In this document: positions 10,551-22,210 of the stretch, in pieces
Layout: each line of letters begins with the position of its first letter
How positions within the stretch are numbered: position 1 is the first letter of the stretch
Assembly (NCBI GenBank): GCA_013239625.1
Contig: MU053379.1
Span: forward strand, 2,276,866 to 2,340,865
Source: Lama guanicoe
Taxonomy: Eukaryota
Direction: 5' to 3'
Length of the DNA: 64,000 nt
The notes under the pieces: generated by a model
Database searches by the model: none
What the model was told of the DNA's origin: nothing
Seen by the model: only the letters and a program-made list of their open reading frames with translations
Translations under genes and position numbers: made by a program

Positions 10551-12667
10551 AAACCGGAGGGATTGTTTTAAAATTTTCATTTCTCCATCACTAATGGCGG
10601 GGTGTTTGGGGTTTCTCGTTTGTCTGTGGAGCCTTTAAAAAGGCTGTGTGCTCAGGGACTGAGGATGCAGGCAGAGGCTGTGGAAATCCTGGGCAGGCTG
10701 GGAAGGGAAGGGTGTGGGGGGGCCAGGGGCTGGGGCTCTGCCCGGGGAGCCACAAGGACCCGGAGAGCCAGTGTGTGGCTGAGCTGTGCCCCCAGGAGTG
10801 GGGTCACACCAGCCACTGGTGGACCGGTCTGCTGAGCTTGGTCCGTCTAAGCCCAGGAGACCCTTCCCCACCCCCACCCCGCTGGGTCCCTGCTCCTCCC
10901 TGCTCACCTGTTCTGGGGGCGACCCAGCCCTTGGAGCGCCAGCGTGGGGTAGCCCTAGCCTCACCAGGAAAAGGTGGTTTGGAACCTGAGCTCTGCTTTC
11001 TTTTTACATTTTTTCCACAACATAGAAAGTTTAAAATCCCAAGTCCCGTCACCGTAAAACCACACCAGAGGGATTAAACAGGCCTTATAAGTTATTGATT
11101 AGACCACACCCCCACACACACACCCTCCCACCCCCCTGCCACATGGCCTGGAGGCTCCAGAAAAACATGTGAAACTAAACATTGCACGACCCCGGGGCCG
11201 CCTTTACTCACTGCAGAAACACTGGCCGATAAGTTTCTCTAACTTTCTATTTGTTTCCAGCTGAGAATTAACCTTTTTAATAATAAAGGGCGGGGTGTTT
11301 CCTGTTGATGTGAAATTGTTCATGGCTCTGGTGCAGTTTTCATTCCACACGAATTCAAAAATACAGTGAAAAAGCAAACAAACAAAGTGCCCAGAAGGGT
11401 GCAAAGCCTTGCTTTGTAGCCCCCTGGGCTCTTACTTTGGTTTTTTTTTTAGTCACGTGTCACTCTTAGGAACAAAAATGTAATTGAACATCGGGAGGCT
11501 TAGGAACATCGGGAACCTCTGCCTGCAGTCAGCCCTCGCTACAGTCCGGTCTTCCGGGGCTGCGATTTTTCCTCCAAATCTAGTGAAATTTCTAGAAAGG
11601 CAAGTCATGCTACAGAAGCTGTATCTTCAATGGAAAAAAATTGCTTCTCTGTTTGGGGTTTGGCTGAATATATTTTCATGTGTTTGGGAAGGAAAAATAA
11701 AGTCTCCAGATACAGAAGAGATACTTTTAGAAATGTAAGGGGCGTTGCCCCTGGGCATTTGCAGATTTCTGAATTGTCTGTGCTTCACTGCCGGGTGTTG
11801 TAAACCAGAGGCAGTATCCATGTTCAGACAAGATGCTGAATTAAATTTGCATGAGCGTTTACACAGACAGAGGACTTTGGGTGACAGAAGGCCCTGACAG
11901 CCTGGCACCTAGCTTTGCAGAAGGGGAACTGAGTCCTAGAAAAGTTCAGTTATGCGCCCAAGTTCTTATGCCTCACACACTTCCCATCTGGGGCCATGCG
12001 GCCCATTTATTTAGATGTTGCTGGGTGAATAGCAATTAAGTTTGGTTTTTTTTTTTAACTGAGGTGTAGTCAGTTGACAGTGTTGTGTCACTTTTAGTTT
12101 AGTTTGATTTTAACCTCACTGCATTAGGTGCTTTGTCCTCCCTACCTGGGGAGAAAACAGTCTCACGTGAAGGAAAGACATTCTGAGATCTGTGATATTG
12201 TAAATTGTACTCTTATGACCGAGTTATTTTTAGCCTTTTTTTCTTTTTTTTAGTTTTTGTTTGTCCCAGAGAGTTACCTGCTCTAATTTCACACTGATCA
12301 TTTTCTAATTTTTTCAAATTAAGCAAGTAAAAATTTAAGTTAAAAAACCAGCAGAGAACAAAGCAGCACCGTTCTCGCTCCGTGTGCTCTCGGCGTCCCA
12401 GAGGGCGGCGCCGTACGGAGAAGGCCGCGTGGAGCGGGGGCCGGGGGGCCGGGGGCCTTCGCTGACGGCTGTCTCCGTGTGGGTTTGCCCAGGCGTGGTT
12501 ATGCTTTATGAAAAAAAGTGTCGAATTAAGTTGAGTCGAGCTCTTTTGATGAGAATAAAATAAAAATTCTGTAACTAAAAGAAAAATGGTTCCCACTGTG
12601 CTGGGAGCTTTACCCACTTTATCGCATTCAGGGGCCCCACACAGCTTTTTGTTTTTAATAGTGAAAG

Positions 12668-12772
12668 TTTTCTTTTATTATTATTTTTTATTTAATGGAG
12701 GTGCTGGGGATTGAACCCAGGACCTCGTGCATGCTGAGCACGCACTCTACCACGGAGCTGTACCCGCTGCTC
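12668..12772 (-). mobile_element. tRNA-Ala-derived SINE (camelid Vic-1-like)
   Basis: The minus strand reads GGGTACAGCTCCGTGGTAGAGTGCGTGCTCAGCATGCACGAGGTCCTGGGTTCAATCCCCAGCACCTCCA followed by an A-rich tail. Confidence 0.9.
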
Positions 12773-14324
12773 ACACACACAGTTCTGTGAATTGAGTCCT
12801 CGATCCCGTTTGACAGCTGGGTAAACACGGGCTCTGAGAAGTTAAGTGAACTTGTCCCAGTCACAGAGCCCTCAGAGGGTCCAGACCCAAGGTGTGAAAC
12901 CAGGAGCGGGCTTTCCGTAGTGCGTCCGACACAGGCCCGGGGCCCCAGCTGCGAGTCTTAGCTCGGGGCACATGCTGGGTCCCCGTGGGAACCAGGCGAC
13001 GAGGGCTTACCTGACCACGGTGCTCGGGCCACACCGTAGCTGTGGGACATTTGAAGGAAAGGCATCTACTCAGAGAGCTGGGGAAGTTTGGGGGTTTCAG
13101 GGCCCCTGGGGTGCAGGGAAGGAAACTGAGGCCCAGAGAAGCCACGGAGCTGCCTCCTTAGTGTCTGGGATTGTGTCCCGGGTTCCCCAACGTTCCCCCG
13201 ACTCCAGGGACTCCCATCTCTTTTCCCTCGTGCCCAGCAGCGAGCCTGGCTCTTGAACTGGGGAGCCTGCAAAGAGGAGGACTGGGGTTGGGAACATATT
13301 CAGTTAAAAGGTACAAATATCCAAAAGAAAATTAAAAGTAACTCAAAAGAAAATAGGGCCGTGCAGCTGACCCCCATGAGGGCGTGAATGTCTCAGAGGA
13401 TCCAGCCGCAGGGGTCACCACAGGGTGGCAGAAGGGGACCAGGTGATGTTCTTTGCAATTCTGGGTCAGGCCGGGGGGGTGGGGGGCACTGCGGCGAGGG
13501 TGAGGAGGGTGTCTGACTTCTGCTCAGGTCTCACTAAATCCCGCCTGTTCTGCGACCCAGCGGTGCACCTCGTGTGTCAGGGTGAGAGCAGGCATTCAAA
13601 GCCCCGGTGAAGGTCACCCTCACAACGATGACAACAGTAGCAAGAGCCAGTCCTCGTCAGGTGCCACCCTGGCCGCAGGCTCGCAGCCAAGGGCTCTCCT
13701 GCGACGTCGCTGACGCCTAGCTGCCAAGTGGGAGGAAGGTGATGGGTCAGCACAACCAGGCACTGAGGACCTGTAAGGAGACTTGCGGTTTGTCTTTTCA
13801 GAGACTCGCTGCTGAGCGCAGCCTGTCCCCCCCAGTACCCCTCAACACCGAGGGCGGGAGGGGTGGGCGGGCGGAGCGGGCAGTTCACGGGGCAGGGTCT
13901 CCAGGCCGGGCGCTGGGCTGGCCCTGCCGACAGGTGCGTCTCGTTTCACTCCCCGCCCACCAGAGCTGTTCCTGCCCCCGGTCCTTGGGTCGGTAGGACT
14001 GGACTTGAGGCGGGTGTCACTGACTCGGGATCCCAAGATGTGGCAGCCGGGATTTCAATAAGAAATGTGACCCCAAATTCCGGACCCATGTTGCCTCCCA
14101 GGATGAAAAACAGATTCGTTTTGGCCACTCTTGTCAAAGGGTAGCCAAGCTGAGAGCCTCAGATACGTCAGTGTCCCCGGATCCAAACGTTAGACACACG
14201 AGTACTTCACGTACCTGAGCACTTGAAAATTTTCTAAAACAAAACCCTTGCTGCTGAGACAGCCTGGCCAGGCCGGGCTTCTAAGAGCGCCACCGCGCTT
14301 GCTCACAGGACTCACGTTGGCGCC

Positions 14325-14475
14325 GCTGATGTGGTTTTGACTGGTAGCAGCATATTTTGCGCTTTTAGGGAGAGAAGCCGGCCCAAGCCCAGCAAAACCA
14401 GCCCAGTTCCGGAAGTCAGAGCGTTTGCCCAAAGAAGCACTTCTGTGGTTTCTGTGATGTGGCTGAGTCATCTTC
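14325..14475. promoter_or_regulatory. Candidate enhancer (RUNX/ETS/AP-1 motif cluster)
   Basis: TGTGGTT at 14330 and 14444, CCGGAAGT at 14409, TGAGTCA at 14464, in non-repeat sequence. Confidence 0.4.
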
Positions 14476-15230
14476 CTCCCTGGGCGAACCTCATTAATAG
14501 AAGGTAGCTCTCATTTCTGATTGTACAGGTGATACCTACGCAGACACCATTGGAACAGTTCAGAAAAATTCCAAGATGAAAATACAAACACCAAAAGCTC
14601 ATCGACTGAATTTTTGGGCCGGAGTGTAATGGGATTCAGAGCATGAGTCAGTGATGGAGAAGGTATTTCTTGAGAAACTTGATCACAAAGGGAGCTGTGT
14701 AGCTTTGAGGCTGCACAGGACCGGAGTCCTGCTCTGAAGCATTATAATGAGCATTGTAATGGCATGGAGGCACTTGTGACCCGGGGCTGTTAGCGGAGAC
14801 GGCTCCCCGTGGTGGTTGTGAATTTATGGGTTTTGAAGAAGCAAGGGCCTCCTTGCAAGTCCCCCGCCACCCCCTCCTGGAGAGATGGTGTTTCATTCCC
14901 TGCTGAGAAGTTGCGTGCCCTGCCCTCCTCTGAAGCCGGGCTGTCGTGAGTCTCAGAGCAGATGCAGTGTGGATGGGGGTCTCCCCGTGAGGCCCTGGTG
15001 AGCCAGTGCCCTGGGTGAAGTGTGCGGTCCTCCGGGACACGGCTGAGGCTGAGGCAGCGGGCTGGCCGGAGGGGCAGTGCAGGGCAGTGGACAGGAGCCA
15101 CGTGCCTCCGCTGGCGGGCTGTGCATTTCCAGGCAAATGAATTACACCTCCCTGAGCCTCAGGTTCATCAGACGCGAAGTGGGAATAAAAGCGGCCCCTG
15201 CCACAGAGAGTATGAAACAGAGTAATGTTG

Positions 15231-15346
15231 TGGGGGAGGGAGTGGGTAATAGCTTACTGGTAGAGCGTGTGCTTAGCATGCACGAGCTCCTGTGCACAAT
15301 CTCCAGTACCTCCATCACTCAATCAAATAAAATAGAAAAAAAAAAT
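15231..15346 (+). mobile_element. tRNA-Ala-derived SINE (camelid Vic-1-like)
   Basis: TAGCTTACTGGTAGAGCGTGTGCTTAGCATGCACGAG...CCAGTACCTCCA plus an A-rich tail. Confidence 0.85.
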
Positions 15347-18159
15347 CAGAGTTAGGCAGTACTGAGGTTTGACAGGCACGTGATCCATTCCGGTGATTTT
15401 CCTGTGCAGTGAGGGCGGTGGCTGGGGGCCCAGGTGGGGCCGGGCCCGGTACGCTTCCCCGCAGGCGTCGGAGTAGCCGGAGGTGGAAGGAGGGTCGCGG
15501 CCTGGCCCGGTGGCTGCAATTGTTCAGAGCGTCCAGCAGAGAACCCCCAGCTTCCAGGGCTTAGCACACTGAGGGTTCTGTCCGGCCAGGGCCGGTCGGA
15601 TGGCTCCTCTGCAGGTGGTCCCTCAGGGACCCCGGCTTTCCTTCCTGTAGCTTGTCCCCTGTAACACCCAGTTACAAGGTCATTGCAGGAGGGGAGAGGA
15701 CTCGGCTGGTTTTAAGTGCCCCGTCTGAGAGGGACATCCATCACTTCCGCCCGTACTTAGCTGGACGGGCCCCGATCACGTGGACGCCCCAGGTGCAAGG
15801 ACGTCCGAGAAGCAGAGGGCAGCTGCGGCATCTGCCCGGGGCTGTGTGCTGTGCGCAGTGACGTGGAGCCGCCTGCTTGTCATACTCTCAGGAGTGATAA
15901 CAGAGCGAGAGAGAGCACTGACAGGGCACCGAACAGGGGACTTTCTGCAGGTGGGGCAGCGTGTGTCCTGGCTTTGGGGATCTGCTCAGAAAAGCAGCAG
16001 TGCCACCTCACCTGGAAGTCAGCCATCCCCAAACCCTCCCCTGCGCTCCACCCAGGGGCAGATGACTCCAGAGGAGGCGGTATGCTGTTTGGTTTTGGTT
16101 TTTCCCAGAAAAGGTATTTCCAGGTGCTTACCCGCGGTCAGTCCTCCTCACCTTGGCTGTGCCTGTAACGTCACTTACGGCGCGGGCGCAAAGCCCTCAG
16201 CAAACTGTGCGCTGAAGGTTGCTGGTCATCAAAGTTCCCGTGATGCAGCTCTCAGAGCATCACAGGGAGGTCATGTTTCTCCCGATAGGCTGCTTACAAA
16301 GGCAGAGCGATTTAGAACACATTTTAAATGAAGCCCTACTTTAAAACCCTGTCTAATTCTTTGAAGTTTTCATGCCTGAGTGGTTAGGCTGTCCTTACCT
16401 GGGCTCTGCATGTGACCGACCCATAGATCCCCATCAGACAAAGTAGATGTTTGCAGGAGAATTGCCCATAAAACAGTCAGTCACTAGACTGGCCTGTCTT
16501 TCTCACAAACCTCCTTGAGCGAAGATTCCATATGGAGCCTGCCTGTTCCTGGCCGTGTGCCCAGCCCCTCACTCAATGCCAGCCATGAAATGTGTGTTCA
16601 AAAATGTGGATTATTGGAAAATAATGAAATTTTAAAAGTAACTGTTGATGCGATTAACTGATCTCTCCAAGAATTCAACAAAGCAGTGATTCTGCCTGTA
16701 AGTGTTCATTTTTCCCTCCTGCACTCTAACTGCCTCCCTTGCTCACAGGAGGACATAAGCTCTGTGTGGCCTCGCCTAAAACGTGACTCTGATGGGTTGT
16801 CCTTGTCTGGGTCAATAAAGGAGGCCCTCCCACATGCACAGGCGTGTTCATCTCCAGGCCGCTCAGCGAGTATTTCGTGGGCTCCACTGCACACCTGGTG
16901 CTGGGATGGCAACCCCCCCCCCCGTAAGGAGGTGGGTGGGGGTGGAAGGCCCACTAGCTTTGTGGCGGAGCAAGGGGTTGGTGGGGCTGCCTTCAGCCAT
17001 TTCCACCTCTCCACGGTCGACAGCATCTTCCACACGCGACCTCACCCAAGAACTCGCAGCGGAGAGGATGCTGGGGGCCAGGGTTCGGTTTTCGCGAGCC
17101 CTCACCATGGCAGCGGGAGGGGCTCTGCAGAATCCGCCTCCAGCTCCTGCTACAGCTCTTCTGTCCCCATCCCAGCAGGAAGCAACAAATATTTCCGCTG
17201 CAGTAGAGCGGTGCCTGGGAGCGCCTTCGTGGTGAACAGGGTGTGCGTTAACGTGGCTTTCTCAGATTAAATTCCTCCTTGTCCATCCCTTCCACGAGTA
17301 CTGACAGAGAAGAGTATTTACCGTGTCTACAGGCCTGGGTCATAGATGCCGGGGGTCCTCCTCACCACCGCCCCTTTAAATACTCAGCCCTGTCACACCA
17401 GTGGTCCTGGGAAGGGAGAAAACCCCCTACTGTGCCTGGCCCCCTCCCATCAGGACCTTCTCAGGAGCCTCCCTGGACCTGTGGGCATGACATCCACGAC
17501 CCCTCCCCTTCTCGCCCTGTTTGGGGCGGTCTTCCTGGCTCCGACCTGGGGGAAAGCTGTCCAGGTGGAGGCTCCAGAAGACTGGAGAGGAGGCCCCGGG
17601 GGGGCTGTCTCAGTCTGGGTTCCCCCAGGAGCAGGCATTGAGCAAAGTGTAAGTAATTCAACCAGGGACAGCGGTGGGCGGGGTCGGGGGTGACCCCAGG
17701 AAACAGCAGTAGGGGAGGGGGAGGGAGGCAGCTGACCGGCCCAGGCTGAGTTGTCAGTCACACCAGCCTGTGGACAAGGTCAGTGCAAACCTGACTGCAT
17801 CATCCCGCCCTCAGGGGGAGAGCGAAGGGGCCTGGATTCCAGAGGTCTTGGGGTGGGCAGGGGGCTAACTCCCGGCGCTCAGTCGGGCTCTGCTCCTGGC
17901 AGGGGCCGGCTCCCCTGGCCAGAGAAATCCGCTGGCGGGCCGACGCAGACAGCATCTCCCGCAGGGTGCGAGCCAGCAGGGCCAGCACCTCTGCCCAACC
18001 CAGCGGATTATCTGCATTGAGGCGGAAACTTGAAAATCCCAGGGCAGCTGGGGACGCTGCTCTGGCTTTTCCCCGGGTCCTGCCCCCGGGGGTCTCACTC
18101 AGGCTGGCAGTGCAGGGGGCCGGTTGGGCTGTGCTGGTGACGGCCGACGGTGTCGGCGA

Positions 18160-18355
18160 CTTCTGGCTTCCGGTATGCTTGAGTCACCGGAAGGTATTTT
18201 AAACAATTGGCTGTGTGTGTGCGTGAGTGCATGTTAGTGATCACAAAGACTTCCTTGTTGAGAAAGTTATATATACTGCTGCACTTGAACTGTGGAAAGT
18301 AAATGGGTCTGGGTGAAACGGAAATGTTTAACGCAGTAAATGGCATTGTTATTTC
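18160..18355. promoter_or_regulatory. Candidate enhancer (ETS/AP-1/SOX/FOX motif cluster)
   Basis: CTTCCGGT (18167), TGAGTCA (18180), ACCGGAAG (18186), TAAACAAT (18200), CGGAAAT (~18319), CATTGTT (18344). Confidence 0.45.
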
Positions 18356-18910
18356 AACACTGAGAGCTCTGAGTGGCTGCAGATTAAGGGTGGTTGCTTA
18401 GATCCAGGGGTCTTTATATAACTTCTCCCAAACCACCCCAGTTAACAACTAGAGCAAAGAAAAGCATCCTTTACACCTGCCCCCACTACTCTCAGGAGAC
18501 AGGAGTCTACAAACTTCAGGGCACCTGTGGGTAGTAAGGTAAACACCCAAGTCCAGCCGAGTGTCTGCAGAGCCCGCCCAGTCGGGACCACCGGGCAGAG
18601 CCAGCAGAGAAACGGTGGAGGAGAGGGCAGGAGTCCGGGGAGCCTGGGGTCACGTGGTTCCAGAGCATCAGCCCCAGAAAACCAGGTCCCGTCCTGAAGA
18701 GAAACACTGGAATGCACGGGGGTCCCGAGGCTTCGAGACAGAAGAAGGACCCTTGGAAGGGCGCTCGCCTGCTTGGAGATGATGTGGAGAAGGAACAGCG
18801 AAAGGGGTAAAATGACGGGTCCCACAGAGATGAAAGAGCCCCACAGCACCAGAAACCCCCTCCCCTCTTACGAAGGGCGCTGGACAGAAAGGAAACCGCA
18901 CTTCACTAGG

Positions 18911-18929
18911 TCAACAGCAGAGGGCGCAT
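18911..18929 (+). promoter_or_regulatory. Candidate CTCF site (forward)
   Basis: TCAACAGCAGAGGGCGCAT; the core CAGCAGAGGGCGC fits the CTCF consensus. Confidence 0.5.
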
Positions 18930-19449
18930 CTGGATCAAGAGACCTAGTCAGCCAGCGGGGCCCTGCCCCTTGTCTGGTCAGCTCGCTGCTGGTCCAGGAA
19001 AGAAGATCCACTATAGAAGGAGCAGAAGGCGGCCGGCAGCGTGCCTGCAGAGCTGCAATCAGAAGAAAACTGAGTCTGAGAGAACATTTCAGGGGACAAA
19101 CGGACAAATGTTCCCCGCTCTCTAAACACACGCACACCCCAAACATCAGTGCAATGTCCCGAGACAAGCATTTTCTCTTCTAAGTTTTTGACTCGAGGTT
19201 GTCTTATGTATCTTGATTCAAAAATTTATAAAGTCAGAACCAAAGTGGACAAAGCCCAGGAAGATGTGCAGTGAGAGTCGGCTGAACCCAGGAGAGGAAA
19301 TGGAATTCCGTTTGCAGACACCCGTGTGGTCCAGGGGGCACTCCTTCCGGTGGACAGCAGACTGGTCAGGCACCTGGCCCCTGCGGAGCTGCCCTTCCCC
19401 ACCCGCGGTCCTTAATTCCTTGCCCGTAACCGCTTCCTGCCTCTTCCAG

Positions 19450-19675
19450 TGGGAAGCAGTTTGTAAGGCCGAGCTTGGTGACGGTTTTGACTTTCCAAGC
19501 TCTCTGTTAAGTGAGACCCTAGGAAGTGCCCAGGTGCGCTCCCAGGCAGTTCAGGTGGTCCTCGTTAAGCAGGTGAACCTTGCCAAGGGAAGCGCCATCT
19601 CCTTTGATAACGTGGTGGAATTTCAGACATAACAGACATTTCAGAGATGTTTCCGAATTGCAGTGAATGGCCATG
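19450..19675 (+). other. Possible (probably non-coding or alternative) exon
   Basis: Polypyrimidine tract CTTCCTGCCTCTTCCAG| with upstream branch-like TAAT/TAAC. Donor ATG|GTAACT at 19675/6 (alternative CAG|GTGAAC at 19572/3). Non-repeat sequence. Confidence 0.25.
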
Positions 19676-20054
19676 GTAACTTGTGCCGTATTCTGTAATT
19701 CATAAAGTAACTTCCACGTGTTATATTATCTTTCAAGTTGCATATGGGCCAAAAACGCATAGATTTGGTGGTTCCTTCCCCTCTTCCATGTCACAGGCAG
19801 CTGAGAAATGCTCTGCCTTGGTTTACGTACCTGGAAAATGGGAATGTCAAGGGCTTCCTCCCAGGTGACATGTGCCGCACGCGGCTGCCTCTCGACTGGG
19901 GCGCGGATTGTGTTTTTCTAAAGATGAACACACGTCCTCGCCCATCCTGCGTGGCCTCTCAGTCACCTCCCCCGTCAGGAGGTGATGGCTGATCTCGTCA
20001 CCTTGAATCTGGGTGGGTGTGAGTCTCACCGGTAACCAGGAGCATCGCCCACCT

Positions 20055-20380
20055 CACCCGCTGGAACATTCTGAGGCTGCCGTGCTGTGAGGAAGCCCGA
20101 ACTAGGCGTTGGAAAGAGACCGCGTGGTCTGGATCTACGTGAAGTAAGAGAAAAATGTGGGTCTCCAACTGTTCCTGCCCTGCACCCTCCACCCACTTTG
20201 TTCCAGCTCCGGGTCCTACCTGTCTGGCTGTGGTCACATTCAAGGCTCTCAGTCAGAACCACCCAGACAAGCCCTTCCTGAATTCCGGACCTTCAGAAAC
20301 CACAGAGGCAGTGAAATGGTGGTGGTTTCAAGCCGCTGAGCCTTGTGGTGAGTAGTTGGGCAGCAGCAGGTGTCCAGAAT
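20055..20380 (+). mobile_element. MaLR LTR (MLT1F/G/H-like)
   Basis: GCTGTGAGGAAGCCC...AAGCCCTTCCTGAATTCC...GTTTCAAGCCGCTGAG pattern. Confidence 0.7.
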
Positions 20381-20509
20381 GGATGGGGCGCCTGTGAGTA
20401 AAGGAGGGGCTCCTGACACCGGCTAGATGCCTACGCACGACACAAGTGCGTCCTGCCAAGGACACCCCATGGGGATGGTTCTCGTGTCCACGTGTGCAGG
20501 ACTGCGTCT

Positions 20510-20780
20510 GAGAGCTTTATTTTAGTAGCCCCCAAACTGGAAACACCCTTCACCCACGGAGTGATGAATCTGACTGAGACGTTCACGTTGCACGATTCCA
20601 CGCTTATGAAGTTCAGAGCCAGGCGAATCCAGCCTAGAGGATGCAAGTCAAAGCAGCGATTGTCCTTTGGGGGAGCTGAATAGGAGAAGGCACGAGAGAC
20701 CCTTCAGGAACGGTGTGGAGAATCACCAGGCTCTATCCCTGAGACGTGTGCACGGTGTGTGAGCTGCACCTCGGCCAAAC
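20510..20780 (+). mobile_element. Old L1 (L1ME-like) 3' fragment
   Basis: TAGCCCCCAAACTGGAAACA and GATTCCACGCTTATGAAGTTCAGAGCCAGGC motifs. Confidence 0.55.
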
Positions 20781-21639
20781 CTCGCCTTGCCTGAATTCTG
20801 TTACGTGGCACTCTTGATTTTCTCCCTAGCCCCTTGTGACTTGTCTATGGGTCGGGCTTATGTAAGATGCCACAGGTCACTTATTTTCTGTGTCTTGGAC
20901 ATCTTACCTGTGGCCTCACCCGCCTGCTCTCTGTAGGTGACTTTTGCTCTTCTGTCCGTTCCAATCTGCCTCCTCCCGGGGGTCATAGGACTCACAGGAA
21001 CATCTAACTATTGTCTCGTCCCCACGTACTGCATGTTTCTGATCAGGTCTGATTCCCTTTTCGTGTGATAGAGGAAGCTTTCCTGGCTTTTTCTTTTCTC
21101 CAGCTCAAACTTTCAAGCCTCCTCCAAGCATTTTCCCCAAACCGTGGTCACGCGCTTCATTCCCATCCACGTCTGGACTGGCCCCAGTTGTGACGTGTCC
21201 CTGTCAAAGCGTGGTTCCCAGAGTTAGGCAGACGATTTCAGGGTGATCTGGCCTCTCAAGACCTCCCCTCCCTCAGTGTAGACGTGTTTTCTGGATTAAG
21301 AGTCATCCGTTTGTCCCTGCTAGTGCTTCACCTGCCCGTGGGATTTCTCAGTCTGGCTCCCCCACCCGGAAACTCAGACTCAGCTCATCCCAAAGTGAAA
21401 TAATCACACGGCCACTCGCGCCGGCAGCTCGTCTGGTTCTTAAGGCCGGCGGGCAGGGTGCCTGCGCCCCACGCGGGGGCTGCCCTCCGGCCTCGTCCGT
21501 CACGAGGGCAGCCGTCACCACCCTTCCTTCTTGCTCTGTTGTGAATGTGGGTTTGGGGGAGGGGACTTTTTATCCTGATACAGAATTATGCGTTTATTCC
21601 TATTAATTTTTCAACTAGTGTCGCACATTTCAACTTAGC

Positions 21640-22210
21640 CTCAATTTATCTAAAAATAGAATAATCACCCACCTGCCGGCACCGGCTCCTTCTCCCGGCT
21701 TCCTTGTCCTCTCGGGGCCCAACTGGAGATTCCTCGTGTAGAGCAGTCGCCTTCTGTCACAGCTCTCGTGTCTGGCACCTTCTCTCCTAGTTCATGTTCA
21801 AATTCATTAGTTCAGTGCCTCATCATCTGTCCTAAGTGGTCCTTCGACTCCAACACCCCACCCCTCACGGGGAAGTCAGCGGCTCCCCGAGGTTTCTGTT
21901 GTGCAGTGGAAGCCCTCCCCTCGGTCCAGGCCCTTTCCTGGACGCCTTTCCACGCTCATCCCCAGTCCTCCCAGGGCCAGCCCGGATTCTGATGCTCTGT
22001 CTCTGCGCATCTGCTTTGGAGCAAGTGGTCTCCCCTAAACCAACATGCCTTTCCTCTTGCCCCCCGAGTCGGAACTACCCCCCGAGTTCTGTGTCTTTTT
22101 CAGACGCCCACATCTAAAAACAGGACCACGTCTGTGTCCCTGCAGTGTCCAGCTTAGTCCTCGAGCAAAATCCAGCAAGCGTTTGTGAAAATGAATAAAC
22201 AAGCGAATGA
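21640..22210 (+). mobile_element. L2 LINE 3' region
   Basis: Pyrimidine-rich L2-like body ending in the L2 tail GTTTGTGAAAATGAATAAACAAGCGAATGA. Confidence 0.45.

Noticed and set aside
12361..12580. GC-rich stretch followed by AATAAA (~12554) as a gene 3' end
   Set aside because: There is no upstream terminal coding exon, the hexamer lies in an A-rich tract, and no clear GU-rich downstream element is present.
12696..12765. tRNA-Ala(AGC)-like sequence
   Set aside because: The acceptor stem and loops are degenerate, it has an A-rich tail, and several dispersed diverged copies exist. It is a SINE head.
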